Shown here: positions 22,108-33,452 of the stretch, piece by piece
How the letters are laid out: the number at the start of each line of letters is the position of its first letter
How positions within the stretch are numbered: the first letter of the stretch is position 1
Source: Selaginella moellendorffii
Taxonomy: Eukaryota; Plantae; Lycopodiophyta
DNA length: 64,000 nucleotides
Direction: 5' to 3'
NCBI RefSeq assembly: GCF_000143415.4
Contig: NW_003314336.1
Span: 903,470 to 967,469, forward strand
The notes under the pieces: model-generated
What the model saw: only the letters and a program-made list of their open reading frames with translations
Database searches by the model: none
What the model was told of the DNA's origin: nothing
Translations under genes and position numbers: made by a program

Positions 22108-25100
22108 ATGGCGATGGCGCAGCTCCGGCTGGAGTCTGGAGCGGCGCTGGCGGGCGGTCTCCCACAATGTTCTCTTCTTGCGGCGCCTGGTGTTCGCTGT
22201 GCGTCGGAGAGATTGCTGGATTGTGAGCAAGGGCTTCGGATTCACAATCCAGTAGGGCGCAAATTCTTGTCGAGATCAGTGTCGAGGAGAAGAGTATGGA
22301 TTCCAGGTTTGTTCGTCCGCAAATTCTTCTCGCTCGATTACATTTTGAATTGCCAGTTGTTCAAGCCACCAGTACTGCTCGCGACGGTGACGATACGAAG
22401 ACTGGAACCAAGAAACTTTTCAAGCTGCCCGGGACGCTCAAGCTTCGTAAGAAGGACACCACTGTGGTGTTTGTAGCAGGAGCCACAGGGAATGTTGGCT
22501 CCAGGACTGTCAAGTAAGTTTTTTCTTTGGAAGACAAATGCTTTGTGGAACTGATCACAACGTTTGGCAGGGAGCTTGTAAAGTCTGGACTGCGAGTTCG
22601 TGCTGGAGTGCGAAGCATTGACAAGGCTGAAAGTATTCTAGGGGTGAGCATCTCTTATCATGTTTGTAGAAATGAAAAAAACTAAATGTGCTCTGCATTT
22701 TTCGAACTATCAGGAAACTATCAGCTCGATCACAGCCTCCTCACCTTTGGACAGAGTGCTTGCGTTTTTCGGTTTGAGAAAAGACGATCAGCTAGAGATC
22801 ATAGATTGCGACTTGGAAAAGCCAGAGGAAATCGAGTCTGCTCTAGGAAATTCTGGGGTTGTCATCTGCGCAATCGGTGCCAGTGAGAAGGAGGTTCTGG
22901 ACGTGACTGGGCCGTATAGAATCGACTACGAAGCAACGAAAAATCTCATAGCGGCAGGTATTGGTACGTTCCACTGATTTGGTGCTAATCGTTTTGTGCT
23001 TGCAGCCAAGAATGCAGAGGTGAAGCATTTCATTCTTGTTACATCCCTGGGAACGACTAAGTTTGGTTTGCCGGCATCTGTACTCAAGTAAGTAAAAGTT
23101 CCAGAAATTATTTCGAGAGTAAACTGTTGTGCGACCAGTTTGTTCTGGGGAGTTTTAATCTGGAAAGCAAAAGCGGAGAAGGCTTTAATTGACAGCGGTC
23201 TGGCTTACACAGTATGTGTTTTGTTTCTTTATTTTTTCTGTTGGCGCATGTGAAGATTTCGCTGTGTGCCAGATTGTTAGACCGGGAGGAATGGAGCGGC
23301 CGACTGATGCATTTAAAGAAACTCACAATCTTAGGCTAGCTCCAAAGGATACATTTACTGGTGGCCAAGTATCAAGGCTTCAGGTAGATTATTTATCTCG
23401 CTGTATCAGTTAACTGATTATGTCTTGACAGTATTTCAGGTAGCTGAATTGCTAGCTTGCATTGCGAACAATCTGGAGCTTGCCGAGGACAAAATTTTGG
23501 AAGCAATAGCGGAGACAAGTGCGCCACTACGTTCTCTCGAAGACCTTTTGATAGAAATTCCGTCCCAGAGTGGGAAGGACGAACCTGATAGGAAAAGCAC
23601 TCCAGCTCAAGCTGCTGTAAAGGTACGGTTGAAATCCGGTGTTACGTACATATGTCTACAATCTTTTTTACAGGGGAAAGATGAAGAGGCATTGGCAAAA
23701 GCTGAAGAAAAGCGTGAAAGTGAACAGCTGAAACAAAAAGAAGCACAAAATGAAGCGAAACGCAAAGCCGCTGAAGCGAAGAGAGCTCAGGATGAGGCGA
23801 AAAGAAAGGCCGTAGAGGCGAAAAAAACTCAAGAATTACGTCAAAAAATTTCAAAAGAACTCTCAGCTTTGAAACAACAGGAGATGGCTGCAGATGCTGA
23901 GGCAAAAAGTCTTCAAAGAAAAAGAATCGAACTGTCAGAGAAAGCACAAGAAGCGCAAGAAGCAGCTGCGAAAGCGGAGGCCGTCGCCAAAGCTTTACTT
24001 GCAGCAGCCAAAGAAGGGAAAACGTAAGTGAATGTACCATCATGTATGATGTTCTTCCATCACACACCGTTTTACAGGTTGAGCGAGGTAGAAAAGCGTA
24101 AGATTTTGGAGGCGGAGGCAAAGAAAGTGTCGCAGCCACCGGAAATCATTACCAAAACTGCCGTTCCGAAAGCTTCAAAGAAAGTCGCTTCCCTCAAAGA
24201 GACTTCCAAATCCAAAGTAACGGACAAGGTTTTGGAAGCATCAGTGAAAAATGAACCGAAGGCGGAAACGATTCCCCCAAGTAAGAAGTCCACAGAAACA
24301 ACTCAAGCAGGAGCGAAAGGAGTGGCAACAGCTGACCAGCTTCAGACAAAGAAACCTCAAAAGCCCGTTCCGACGAAGACACCACAAAATTTGGCTGCTG
24401 GCAAGCCGGCAACAAAATCCGAGGAGCTTCAAAGTAAGCCTGAAAGTCCCACTGAGGAGGTCGAGCAGACTGTTAAAAAGGTGGAGAACGCAAAGCCAGA
24501 ACCTGCAAATGAAACCCAGCCAAAGGTTCTACCGACGGAGAAGGAGGATACCACCGAAAGCGAACCAGCACGACAACCATTTCGATGGTTTTGGCAACAA
24601 AAAGAGACCGCAAAGTAAGCTACTTTGGTTCTTATACATCCTTATTCTTGTTTTCTGTCAGGTCTTACGAAGCGGAAGCAGAAGCAGAAGCAGAAGCAGA
24701 GGCACCTTCCACAGAAGCTACTCTGTCTCCTTATCCCCGGTAATTTAGTTTTCTTAATACATGTCACATATATATTTGTTTCTTTACAGATATCCTGACC
24801 TCAAGCCTCCTAGCTCTCCGACTCCAGAACCTCTAAGTGAGAGCGAGGCACCCAGTGAAGCGCCAAATCAAGCACCAAGTGAAGCGCCACAGGCTACTAA
24901 AGAAAACGCTGAGATGACTAGTCGAGAGAGGGAGGAGGCCTCTCTCTTGAAAGCAAAGTCGAATCTAGCGTTTCGTTGGCCGTGGCAGGACGAAAATATT
25001 ACGGAAACTCCAACATCAGAGCAAGGAGAAAGTGAAGCACCATCTTCTGACATCTTATCCAGGTACTTGACATTTTCTAAACAAGATGATAAGAACTCGT

Positions 25101-26567
25101 TTGTTTGCAGTGCGAGTCAAAAAGAAGCTGTAGAAAGAGTTAACGATGCAGCAACAAAAGATCAATCCAGGTAACGTTTTTGTTTCCTGGAGTTATGATT
25201 TATGAAATTTGCATTGCAGTGTGATTCAAGAAGAGAAACAAGAAGAGCCATCGGAAGCTATCATTGCTACAGACGAAGACAGTCCCAGGTATATTTGCAG
25301 TTTTTGATATAGATTTTCAAGCTTTGCACCGCAGTGTGATTCCAAAAGAAGCTGAGGACGCAACTGAGGCTGCGGCTACAACTGCCTCCACAGACATTCG
25401 TGCTCCAGAGACTTCTTCGCCCGAGAAAGAAATAGTTTTGGAAGACAAAGGCAAACTTGATTCAGAGGCTGTGCAGTTTGATCCCCAAAGGGTGAAGGAA
25501 CGAGAACTAGATTCCCTGGCAAAGGCTAAAGCAGCAACAGCTTTTGTTTGGCCCTGGAAAGTAGCTTCTGCTGGAGAGAAGAAGGGAGAGAAGAAGGTGG
25601 AGAAGGATGAATCAGAGAAGGTGGAGAAGGATGAACCAAAGAAGAAGGTGGTCGAGGCAATCCAGGTGGATACTCCACCTATTATCAGTTCAAGGCCACT
25701 TTCCCCGTATCCCAGGTGAAGAATCGTTTTTCGTTTTTATTCTTGGCATTGATACAGTGCCTATTTTGCTGCAGCTATCCCGACTGGAAGCCTCCAACTT
25801 CTCCAACGCCCCAGCCTCCGAAGACGGTGCAAAAGGCCGCCGAGGAACCGGGACCTGTTAAGCCTCTCGAGAAGATAGCAGAAAAGCCTCTGGGGAAGAT
25901 CGAAGAAAAGCTTGCGACGGAAGCAGATGACAAGGAACAGCCAGATTTCTCGGCTGCCACAGTGAAAGAAAGAGAAGAGGCTGCTCTTGCAAAAGCCAGA
26001 GCTGCACTTTCCTGGCGTTGGAATGCAAGCGCCGAGGACGTGAAAATCAACTCTGGAAGCTCACAATCATCACTCGAGCTAAAGGCTACCACGAGGTACA
26101 AGTTTCTACTTCAGCACTGGCAGACCATTTCTTTTCTTTTCCTTCCTATGCAGTCCCGTATTTGAGGAAGCTGCCATCACACCAACACCAATCGTGCCAT
26201 TGTCACGACCTTTATCACCTTATGCCAGGTTCGTTTCTTATCGTTTCTTATCGCTTCTGACTATCCTCGAAATTAATGGATATTAATCAGGTATGAGGAC
26301 TTAAAGCCGCCAGCCTCTCCAATGCCCAGGCCGCCAAGAGTAGAGGCTGTAAAGGAAGTTCCAAAGAAACACAAGTAAGCTTTTCCTGTTTCCGAGCTTC
26401 GTATTGACTTAGCACTCTACAGAATGCCACAGACTTCAAGTGCTAGTGTTGGTGACGCTCTTGTTAGTGACGTGGTGGATGAAGCAGCTGAAGAAGCAAA
26501 GTCTAGAGCTGTAGAAGCTCTAGAGAAGGCGAAAGCATCTGCAGGGATGAAATGGCCTTGGGTCTAA
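22108..26567 (+). CDS. TIC62: TIC62 (chloroplast NAD(P)-binding SDR with C-terminal Pro/Ser FNR-binding repeats)
   Basis: VFVAGATGNVGSRTV Rossmann motif, IGASEKE...GPYRIDY, VRPGGMERPTD, GGQVSRLQVAEL; three PLSPYxxYxDxKPPxSPxP motifs; many GT-AG introns. Confidence 0.92.
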
Positions 26568-27289
26568 ATGCTTGTAACCATATTTATTAATAAGAGGATG
26601 GAAGCCCAAGCAACTGTACTGATTTTGTAACTTCTCTGCTATGGTTCGTTTTCTGTGCGTTGTTTTCAGCTGTGGTCTATTGCCTAAGGTTAGTTCTTAA
26701 ACAAAGGATAACGAAATAGATAATGAATGGCTGCATTGTTGTCTGTGCCATGTTTTGTTCCAACCCTCAGGGTTTTGCATTGCTTTGCAATGGCTGCCAG
26801 CGCAAGCAATACAGCTCAAGACAGTAAGTGCAAAATCTTTGTTATTATGGTGGATTTTGTTACTTCCTATTTAAGAGCTAAGGTACTATTAATAAATGTT
26901 TTAAGTAACATTTGGCCATCCCCTTTCAGAAATGAATCTTTTATACTAGCTATACTTTGTTACTAAGTAAACATTATAACTTCTCACTCGCCACTCTCAT
27001 ACATCTCTGGTGCGCAATATCCATTTCCAGTATCAGTGATTTTCACTACAGTGGAGAGATTATACAGCGATTTTACTAATGTGATTAGACTAGATTATTA
27101 ATAGCTCTCCACGAGGAATCAGTGAAAATTCCTAATGCAATTGTATAGCTATAATCTAATTATTTTTGCAAAGAAATATATAAGCCTCACTTGGATTCAA
27201 CATACTAGTAATTGCCAAAGTTGTCTTCTAAGGCTGGGCTGTTCAGTTCTAGGAAAATATTGTGTGGATCATTAATTACAAAAATGCCT

Positions 27290-27610
27290 GTGAGCGCTAG
27301 GGGGATGGCAAAGCCTTCCACCACCAAAACTATGCGAGGAACGCGGCTGGCAGCAACACTTGGGTGTTGAGACTGAAACACGCAATGCTACTGTATTCAT
27401 GCCAAAGGGTTATGTGTAAGCCCACAATCCTAGTGGGGAAGGGAAAATGGAGGAACAACTCAGCAAAAAGTGATGTCACATACTGTACAAGAAGAACAGA
27501 ATAGTAGAGTGATTGCAGATGCCGTTTTTGAGAAATGCTGCATTTTATATGCCCACTGGAGGATCAAAGACATTGTTCCCTGGAACTCTATGATCGCTGG
27601 TTACATAGTC
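27290..27610 (+). pseudogene. Possible PPR gene remnant
   Basis: DIVPWNSMIAGY motif at about 27569-27604; surroundings degenerate. Confidence 0.4.
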
Positions 27611-27993
27611 CCTGCGATCGAGATCTACTCTACGAGAGAATTGTTTCGTCTCCTCAGAAGTTTTTTCTCTTTCCTTTCTTCTTACTTGCCATAGCTTAAT
27701 CCAGGATTGGCAAGCTTGATCCGCGGGATTGACAACCCAATGCGATCACTTACCCCAGAGTTCTCACGGTTTGCTCGATCGCTTGAGATGCTACCAAGCG
27801 GAGAACATAACTAGTTGCCGCGCTCTTTCTTGATCGCTTGATGATCTTTATACAAATTCTTCCTCTTGCGGATCTTGACCTTTCAGTGTCGCGCGAAGGC
27901 TTTCGTTCGCTAGAACACCGTGTATAACCGTCACTGAAGGAGAGCCAATCACACTATGACACGTCACCCGGAGGTCGTTCCTTTGTGAAAGGA

Positions 27994-29671
27994 ATGATCT
28001 TCAAAAGCGAGAATGCGATGAAGCTCAATCTCGATTGCTTCGTGCCCCGGACCGATTCGCCGCGGCGCCAAGCGATCGGTGGTGTAAGCCCTGGCGGTGC
28101 CGCCGGAGGCAACGATTCTTGCAAGCAAGAGCAGCAGGAGGTGAAATCCGTCATCGCGGAGCTCGATGGACCGAAATCTATCCCGCCGCCGTTGTTCCAG
28201 GCCAGGTCTGTCCAAGATCCGCGATGGATCTCCCTGGGGCTTCCCGCGGCAGCTGTCCAGCAGCATTCTAGCGCGAGCCCGAGGTCGCTGCTGCCAATGG
28301 CGGCATCCATGAGCAGCAGCCGGCTGCCCGACAAGATCCGGCATCTGGGAGAGATTTTGCGCTCTCTGGATGCCAAGCTCCCGGCAGAGAATGCGAGCGG
28401 TGGATTTCTGGCTTCCAGGAAGTGGATTTCCTCGCCCTACAGGAGGAACTGGATGGATCTTGATGCTTCCGTGTTTAAAGACGCTGGATCGATGAGGAAC
28501 ACTCCCAGGGACAGCGTCGAGAATTTCCGGTTCTCGGCTTCTGTGAGAAGTACTCCAAGGGATTCCAGCAACAAGCATGGGTTTGATCTGCGAGGCCAGC
28601 TCAATGGATTGGAGGAGATGCTACAAAAGTCCGACGAGGCCTCCAAGCAGCGGCCACGGTCGAAATCTTCGGCGAGAGAGGAGAAGGACGATCGCTCCGC
28701 CGCGCAGGGATTGGAGATGGATGTGCTGAGAGACGTTCTTGCTCGGTTAGGAAGGATGGAGAGCTTGTCCAAAGCTAGGAAAGAACACGATCACTCCCAG
28801 GTAAGAAGAACAGTTTTTCTTTCAATGTTGCTTTAGATTTCTTATGGAAGTCTTTGCGACAGACACTTCCCACTCGCGTGAAGCAGACTAGTAAGAAGAT
28901 CGAGAAGAACTTGCGGAGTTTCATGTCGGGCATAGAAAATCATATGGAGAGGTATAGATGTTATACTTTCTTTTCTCGACTGCGAGGATTTACGCTTCAT
29001 ATCAGGACTGATGCTGCCGTGAAGAAGGTCGAGAAGGAGCTCCAAAGGCTGGCTTCGTCCAAGAAAAAGCCAAGGAAAGTTTCTAAAGTTCCGGATCAGA
29101 GCGTGGAGCTCCAACGCATCATGGTTGGTATTAATGAGATTTGCTTTACCGAAGTTGGATGTTCTTGATCGTCACACTGGCAGCAGCGTGTTGTTCCTTG
29201 ATGATCAATTCAGGTGTCGACGGACGATTTGCGGAAGCAGTGCGAGGAGAACCGGATCAACATCAGTGCAAGTCTTTCTTCATTCAAACCCATTCATGGT
29301 TTTTGTTTGTTAACCTTTGACTTTCGTGCCTCATCCACAGCTCTGTTGGTCGGCGATGAATCAGCTGTGCATTGACAATGAGGCATTTCGTCAAGAGCTA
29401 CAGCATCTCACAACCGCCGCCGCACCCGTCAAATCCAAAGCCACAAAAGCTCGCAAGGTACTTTAAATCCATTTGTCCTTCTCTTTTCCTTCACTGACTC
29501 TGATGGATGGAATCCAAATGGCAGGGTGATCGCGATCGCCACCTTAAGATCGAGCAGCAAAATTTCCACCGAGAAGAGCTCCACTGCCAAGAACAAGAGC
29601 TGGCAGACGCATACGAACAGTTAAAATCGTCAGAGTTCCCAGGGTGGAGCTGCAGTGGCATGCTCCAGTGA
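27994..29671 (+). CDS. Hypothetical multi-exon coiled-coil protein
   Basis: Long GC-rich first exon then short GT-AG exons encoding heptad-like E/K/Q/L stretches; TGA at 29669-29671; start codon uncertain; family not recognised. Confidence 0.62.
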
Positions 29672-30017
29672 AAGAAAAGAGCCGGGCTGCCAACCGTCGG
29701 ATGGCAAGCGCTCCGGAGCAAACACGTGGCAGGCCGTCCACTGACACGATGGCGCAATCGCGGCCGTCGGTGTCTCACGCGCGGTAAACACGTTCCAAAC
29801 GGGAAGGTCGTCCACGTGGTGGACGCTGATTACTGTGACCCGCTGCGTCTGCTGTGGCCACAAGGCGCAAAAGAAACAGCCGTTTGATAATAGCTCCCTT
29901 TTATTTCACCACATTTTCCATTTTTTCGCGTCTTCCTTCTTTCTTTCTTTGCGCGAGGCGAGCGCTAAGAAGGCGAGGGTTTTTTGCGAGGAGAGAGAGC
30001 TAGCTCCTAGGGCGGCG

Positions 30018-30655
30018 ATGGCGGACGCTACGATTGGCATGGCCGTGGAGGCGCAGGCGGTCAACGGCGGGAGCGGCCACGGTGAGATTGTGTATGAGCA
30101 GCTGCTGCCCCATCTCTTCGTTAAGGCGCCGCACGCCAGCGACGCCATCGAGTTCTACAAGAAGGCCTTTGGCGCCGAGGAGGTCGCGAAATCGCACCAT
30201 CCCAAGCGCAAGGCCGACCAGGACGTTCCCCTCATCCTCCACGCCCATCTCAAGTTTGGGGCCGCGGAGATTATGGTGTGCGACGATACCGCGGACGCTG
30301 GCCCAAAGTAAGTTTCCTCTTCCTCCTCGGTTCTAGTTCTTTTCCCCCCTTTTTTCTTCTTCTAACTGGGTCTCTCGCTCTTTTGATCAGCGTGAAGCCC
30401 CCAAGCAGCGTGGAGGCCACCACTGCGATCCTCCACCTCCAGACTAACAATGCGGAGGCGGCGATCAAGAGGGCGATCGAGGCTGGAGCCAAAGTGAGCG
30501 AGGAAGTGAGCGATCAGCCTTGGGGCCAGAGGTATGGCAAGGTTGTGGATCCGTATGGATTCGTATGGAGCATTGCCACACCTCTGGCCGCCGGCGCCGC
30601 GACCAAAACTAGCAGCTCTCCCGCTCCACCCGAGGAGGCCGTCGCTCTTCTCTAG
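30018..30655 (+). CDS. Glyoxalase/bleomycin-resistance (VOC, PhnB-like) protein
   Basis: AIEFYKKAFGAEE, HPKRKADQ, HAHLKFG, QPWGQRYGKVVDPYGFVWSI; intron 30309-30390. Confidence 0.92.
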
Positions 30656-31034
30656 GTGAGTCCTTTCTAGCCCGAGTGTGTTCTAGCCACCCAAGTCTTT
30701 TACACTTCTTTTACTGCTTCCTACTCCATAGCTGAAAAGAAAAAAGGATCCCTTCTTCCTCCTTCACACCTGGAAGGAAGAAGAAAGACCTCTATCCGTG
30801 CTGTGTGTTATGTGCGAGGGAATATCCTCTCTTTCATCATTCAAACCTGCCGGACAGGCTTTTATTGTGAGGTGGTCAATGCAAGCAACATAGATTAATT
30901 TGTATTATCTTCGCTTTGTTTCTAATGTAATCAACTCTGTCCTAGATTTTCTAGCAAGGTTTTCTATTCTTCCAAGGTTGTCTACGATCTCACAGACATT
31001 GACTTGACAGTAACATTTTTTCACCTGAGATCTT

Positions 31035-33446
31035 TCACTTGATCATATAAATGTTTGACAATAGTACATGAGGCGCGGCTATGGTTTCTTCTACATTCTT
31101 TCCCCCTAATCTTCCTCCTATAATCGCTTGCCGGGCTATGCTCGCGGCTCCCTTTGAATCGTGGTGGATCTTACATGACCCAAGGTAAGTGTTTAGCGCA
31201 ACTCCATCGGGGAAAAACGGCATCGCCTGGATCACATCCTGGGCTTCGTCCAGCCTCCCGGATCGTCCCAGCGCATCGATCATCAGGCAAAAGTGCTGGA
31301 TCGAGGGAGGAATCGCGTGCTCCCTGGCCATGAGCGCAAAGTAGCGCCAGCTCTCGCGGACCAGTCCCGTGTGGTTGCAAGCGCTCAAGATGTCCGTGAA
31401 GACGAACTCGTTGGGTGCCAGGCCCTCCATCTCCATCGCCCGGAAGAGATCGATCGCGTCGCGGGGATGCCCGCCCTGGGCATACCCCGAGATCACGCCC
31501 GCCCAGCACGCCATGTCCCGCTCGGGCATACCATCGAATATCCCCCTCGCGGTTGGCATATCCCCGTTCCGTGCGTAGAGCGCGATCATGGTATTGTGTG
31601 TCACCCTGTCGCGCTGGCTCATGGATCCGTACATCTTCTCCGCCTGGACGAAGAGTCCATTCTCCACGAATCCGGCGATCATCGCGTTGCACGAGACGAC
31701 GTCGGGCGCTGGGACTCGATCGAATGCGTTCTTGGCGCTGCTGAAGTCGCCGCTCCGGACGTAGGCCGTGATGAGGGAATTCCAGGAGATGGTGTCCCTC
31801 TCGGGCATGCGCGCGAAGATGGAAGCGGCGATTTCGATCGTGCCGCTGGAGCGCGAGAAGGCCGCCAGGAGCTCGTTCCACGACACGAGGCTCCACTCGG
31901 GCATTCTCCGATCGAACAGGAGCTTGGCTTCCTCCAGGCGATCGCCCCTCCCGAGGGCGCCCAGCATTGCGGTCCAGGAGATCACGTCCCTCTCCAGCAT
32001 CGCCTCGAAGATCTTGGCCGAATCCGCCAGCCGGGAGCTCGCGGCGATCATCGTGTTGCATGTCACAACGTCGCAGCGAGGCATCTGCGCGAACAGGAGC
32101 TCCGCATCTTGGATCTGCCCCGCGTGGATCAATCCCGCCAGGATCGAATTCCACGACACAATGTCTCGCCAGTGCTCCATCCGATTGAAGAGATCGAGTG
32201 CTGCTCGGAGCTCCCCATTGCGAGACAAGGCCGCGATCATCTCGTTCCCAGCCACCGTATCTCTCTCGGGCATTCTCTCAAACACCTCCTTGGCTCGCTC
32301 GAGATTCCCATTTCGGGTATATACCGTTAGCAGCGCGTTCCACGCCGCCACCGTGTGCTCTGGCATATTCTCAAACAGAGCCTTGGCTAGCAGAATGTTC
32401 CCGTCCTGGGCATATACCTGCATCAGTAGAGCCCACGTCATTGGATCCCTCGCGGGCATGGAATCGAACCGGAGCTTGGCCTCGCGGGAGATTCCATGGA
32501 TGCCATAGGCGCGAATCAGCGAATTCCAGCTCATCACGTCCCACTCTGGCATCTCGCCGAAGAAGCGATGGGTTTCGTGGAGATTCCCACCGTGGGAGTG
32601 CTCGTGGAGGAGTATATTCCACGAGGCTATGTTTCTCTGTGGAAGAGTATCAAACATGAGCTTGGCTATGGTGGATTTGCCGCCGCTGGCAAATGCGGCG
32701 ATCATTGAGTTCCAAGAAACGAGGGATGGATTTGGAATGGAATCAAAGAGTTTCTTGGAAGCGACTAGATCACCGCCCTGGGAACTTGCAACCAGCATTG
32801 CGGTTGCTGATTCTACGCTGTGCTCGGGCATTCTATCAAAAATCTCCTTCGCGCGATTAATCTCCCCACAGAAGGCAAATGCTTGGAGCATCTTGAGCCA
32901 CGAGACAAGATCACGCTCCAGCATTGAATCGAAGAGTTCTTTTGATTTTTGGAAGTGTCCATGGTCTACGTACGCAGCGATCATCACATTCCAGGTAATC
33001 ACATTCCATCCAGGCATTCGATCAAACACCAATTGAGAGTCGTAAACATGCCCTATTGAGGCAAAGGCTTTGATCATGGCAGACCAGGCCACGATGTTTC
33101 TTTCGGGCATTTGATCGAAGAAACGCTTGGTCTCATCGATCAATCCGTTGTGGGCGTAGGCATTGAGCATGATTGTCCACGAAAAAACGTTTGGCTCGAG
33201 GATGCTCTCAAGAACAATCCGTGCTTCGTCGGGTCGCCCACACTTGCCATACATTTCCATCGCCAGATTCGCGAGGTAGCGGCTGTGGCGATGCTCGCTA
33301 CGGGCGATCTGGGCATGGATCTCCCTTGCGGCAGGCAGATCGCTCGCATTTCCACAAGATTTCAGCCCCGCAGCGAAGAATTCGAGAGATCTTTCGCTTG
33401 CCCTTGGCTGGAAGATGGATATTTCGAGCTCAAGAACAAGGACCAT
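31035..33446 (-). CDS. PLS/SS-class pentatricopeptide repeat protein with E domain, no DYW
   Basis: More than 20 tandem ~31-aa repeats (FDxMPERxxVSWN), then LSACNHTGLV...LGRSGRLDEA...MPF.PD...HVLLSNIY. Confidence 0.93.
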   Translation of the reverse strand: MVLVLELEISIFQPRASERSLEFFAAGLKSCGNASDLPAAREIHAQIARSEHRHSRYLANLAMEMYGKCGRPDEARIVLESILEPNVFSWTIMLNAYAHNGLIDETKRFFDQMPERNIVAWSAMIKAFASIGHVYDSQLVFDRMPGWNVITWNVMIAAYVDHGHFQKSKELFDSMLERDLVSWLKMLQAFAFCGEINRAKEIFDRMPEHSVESATAMLVASSQGGDLVASKKLFDSIPNPSLVSWNSMIAAFASGGKSTIAKLMFDTLPQRNIASWNILLHEHSHGGNLHETHRFFGEMPEWDVMSWNSLIRAYGIHGISREAKLRFDSMPARDPMTWALLMQVYAQDGNILLAKALFENMPEHTVAAWNALLTVYTRNGNLERAKEVFERMPERDTVAGNEMIAALSRNGELRAALDLFNRMEHWRDIVSWNSILAGLIHAGQIQDAELLFAQMPRCDVVTCNTMIAASSRLADSAKIFEAMLERDVISWTAMLGALGRGDRLEEAKLLFDRRMPEWSLVSWNELLAAFSRSSGTIEIAASIFARMPERDTISWNSLITAYVRSGDFSSAKNAFDRVPAPDVVSCNAMIAGFVENGLFVQAEKMYGSMSQRDRVTHNTMIALYARNGDMPTARGIFDGMPERDMACWAGVISGYAQGGHPRDAIDLFRAMEMEGLAPNEFVFTDILSACNHTGLVRESWRYFALMAREHAIPPSIQHFCLMIDALGRSGRLDEAQDVIQAMPFFPDGVALNTYLGSCKIHHDSKGAASIARQAIIGGRLGGKNVEETIAAPHVLLSNIYMIK

Positions 33447-33452
33447 GGACCC

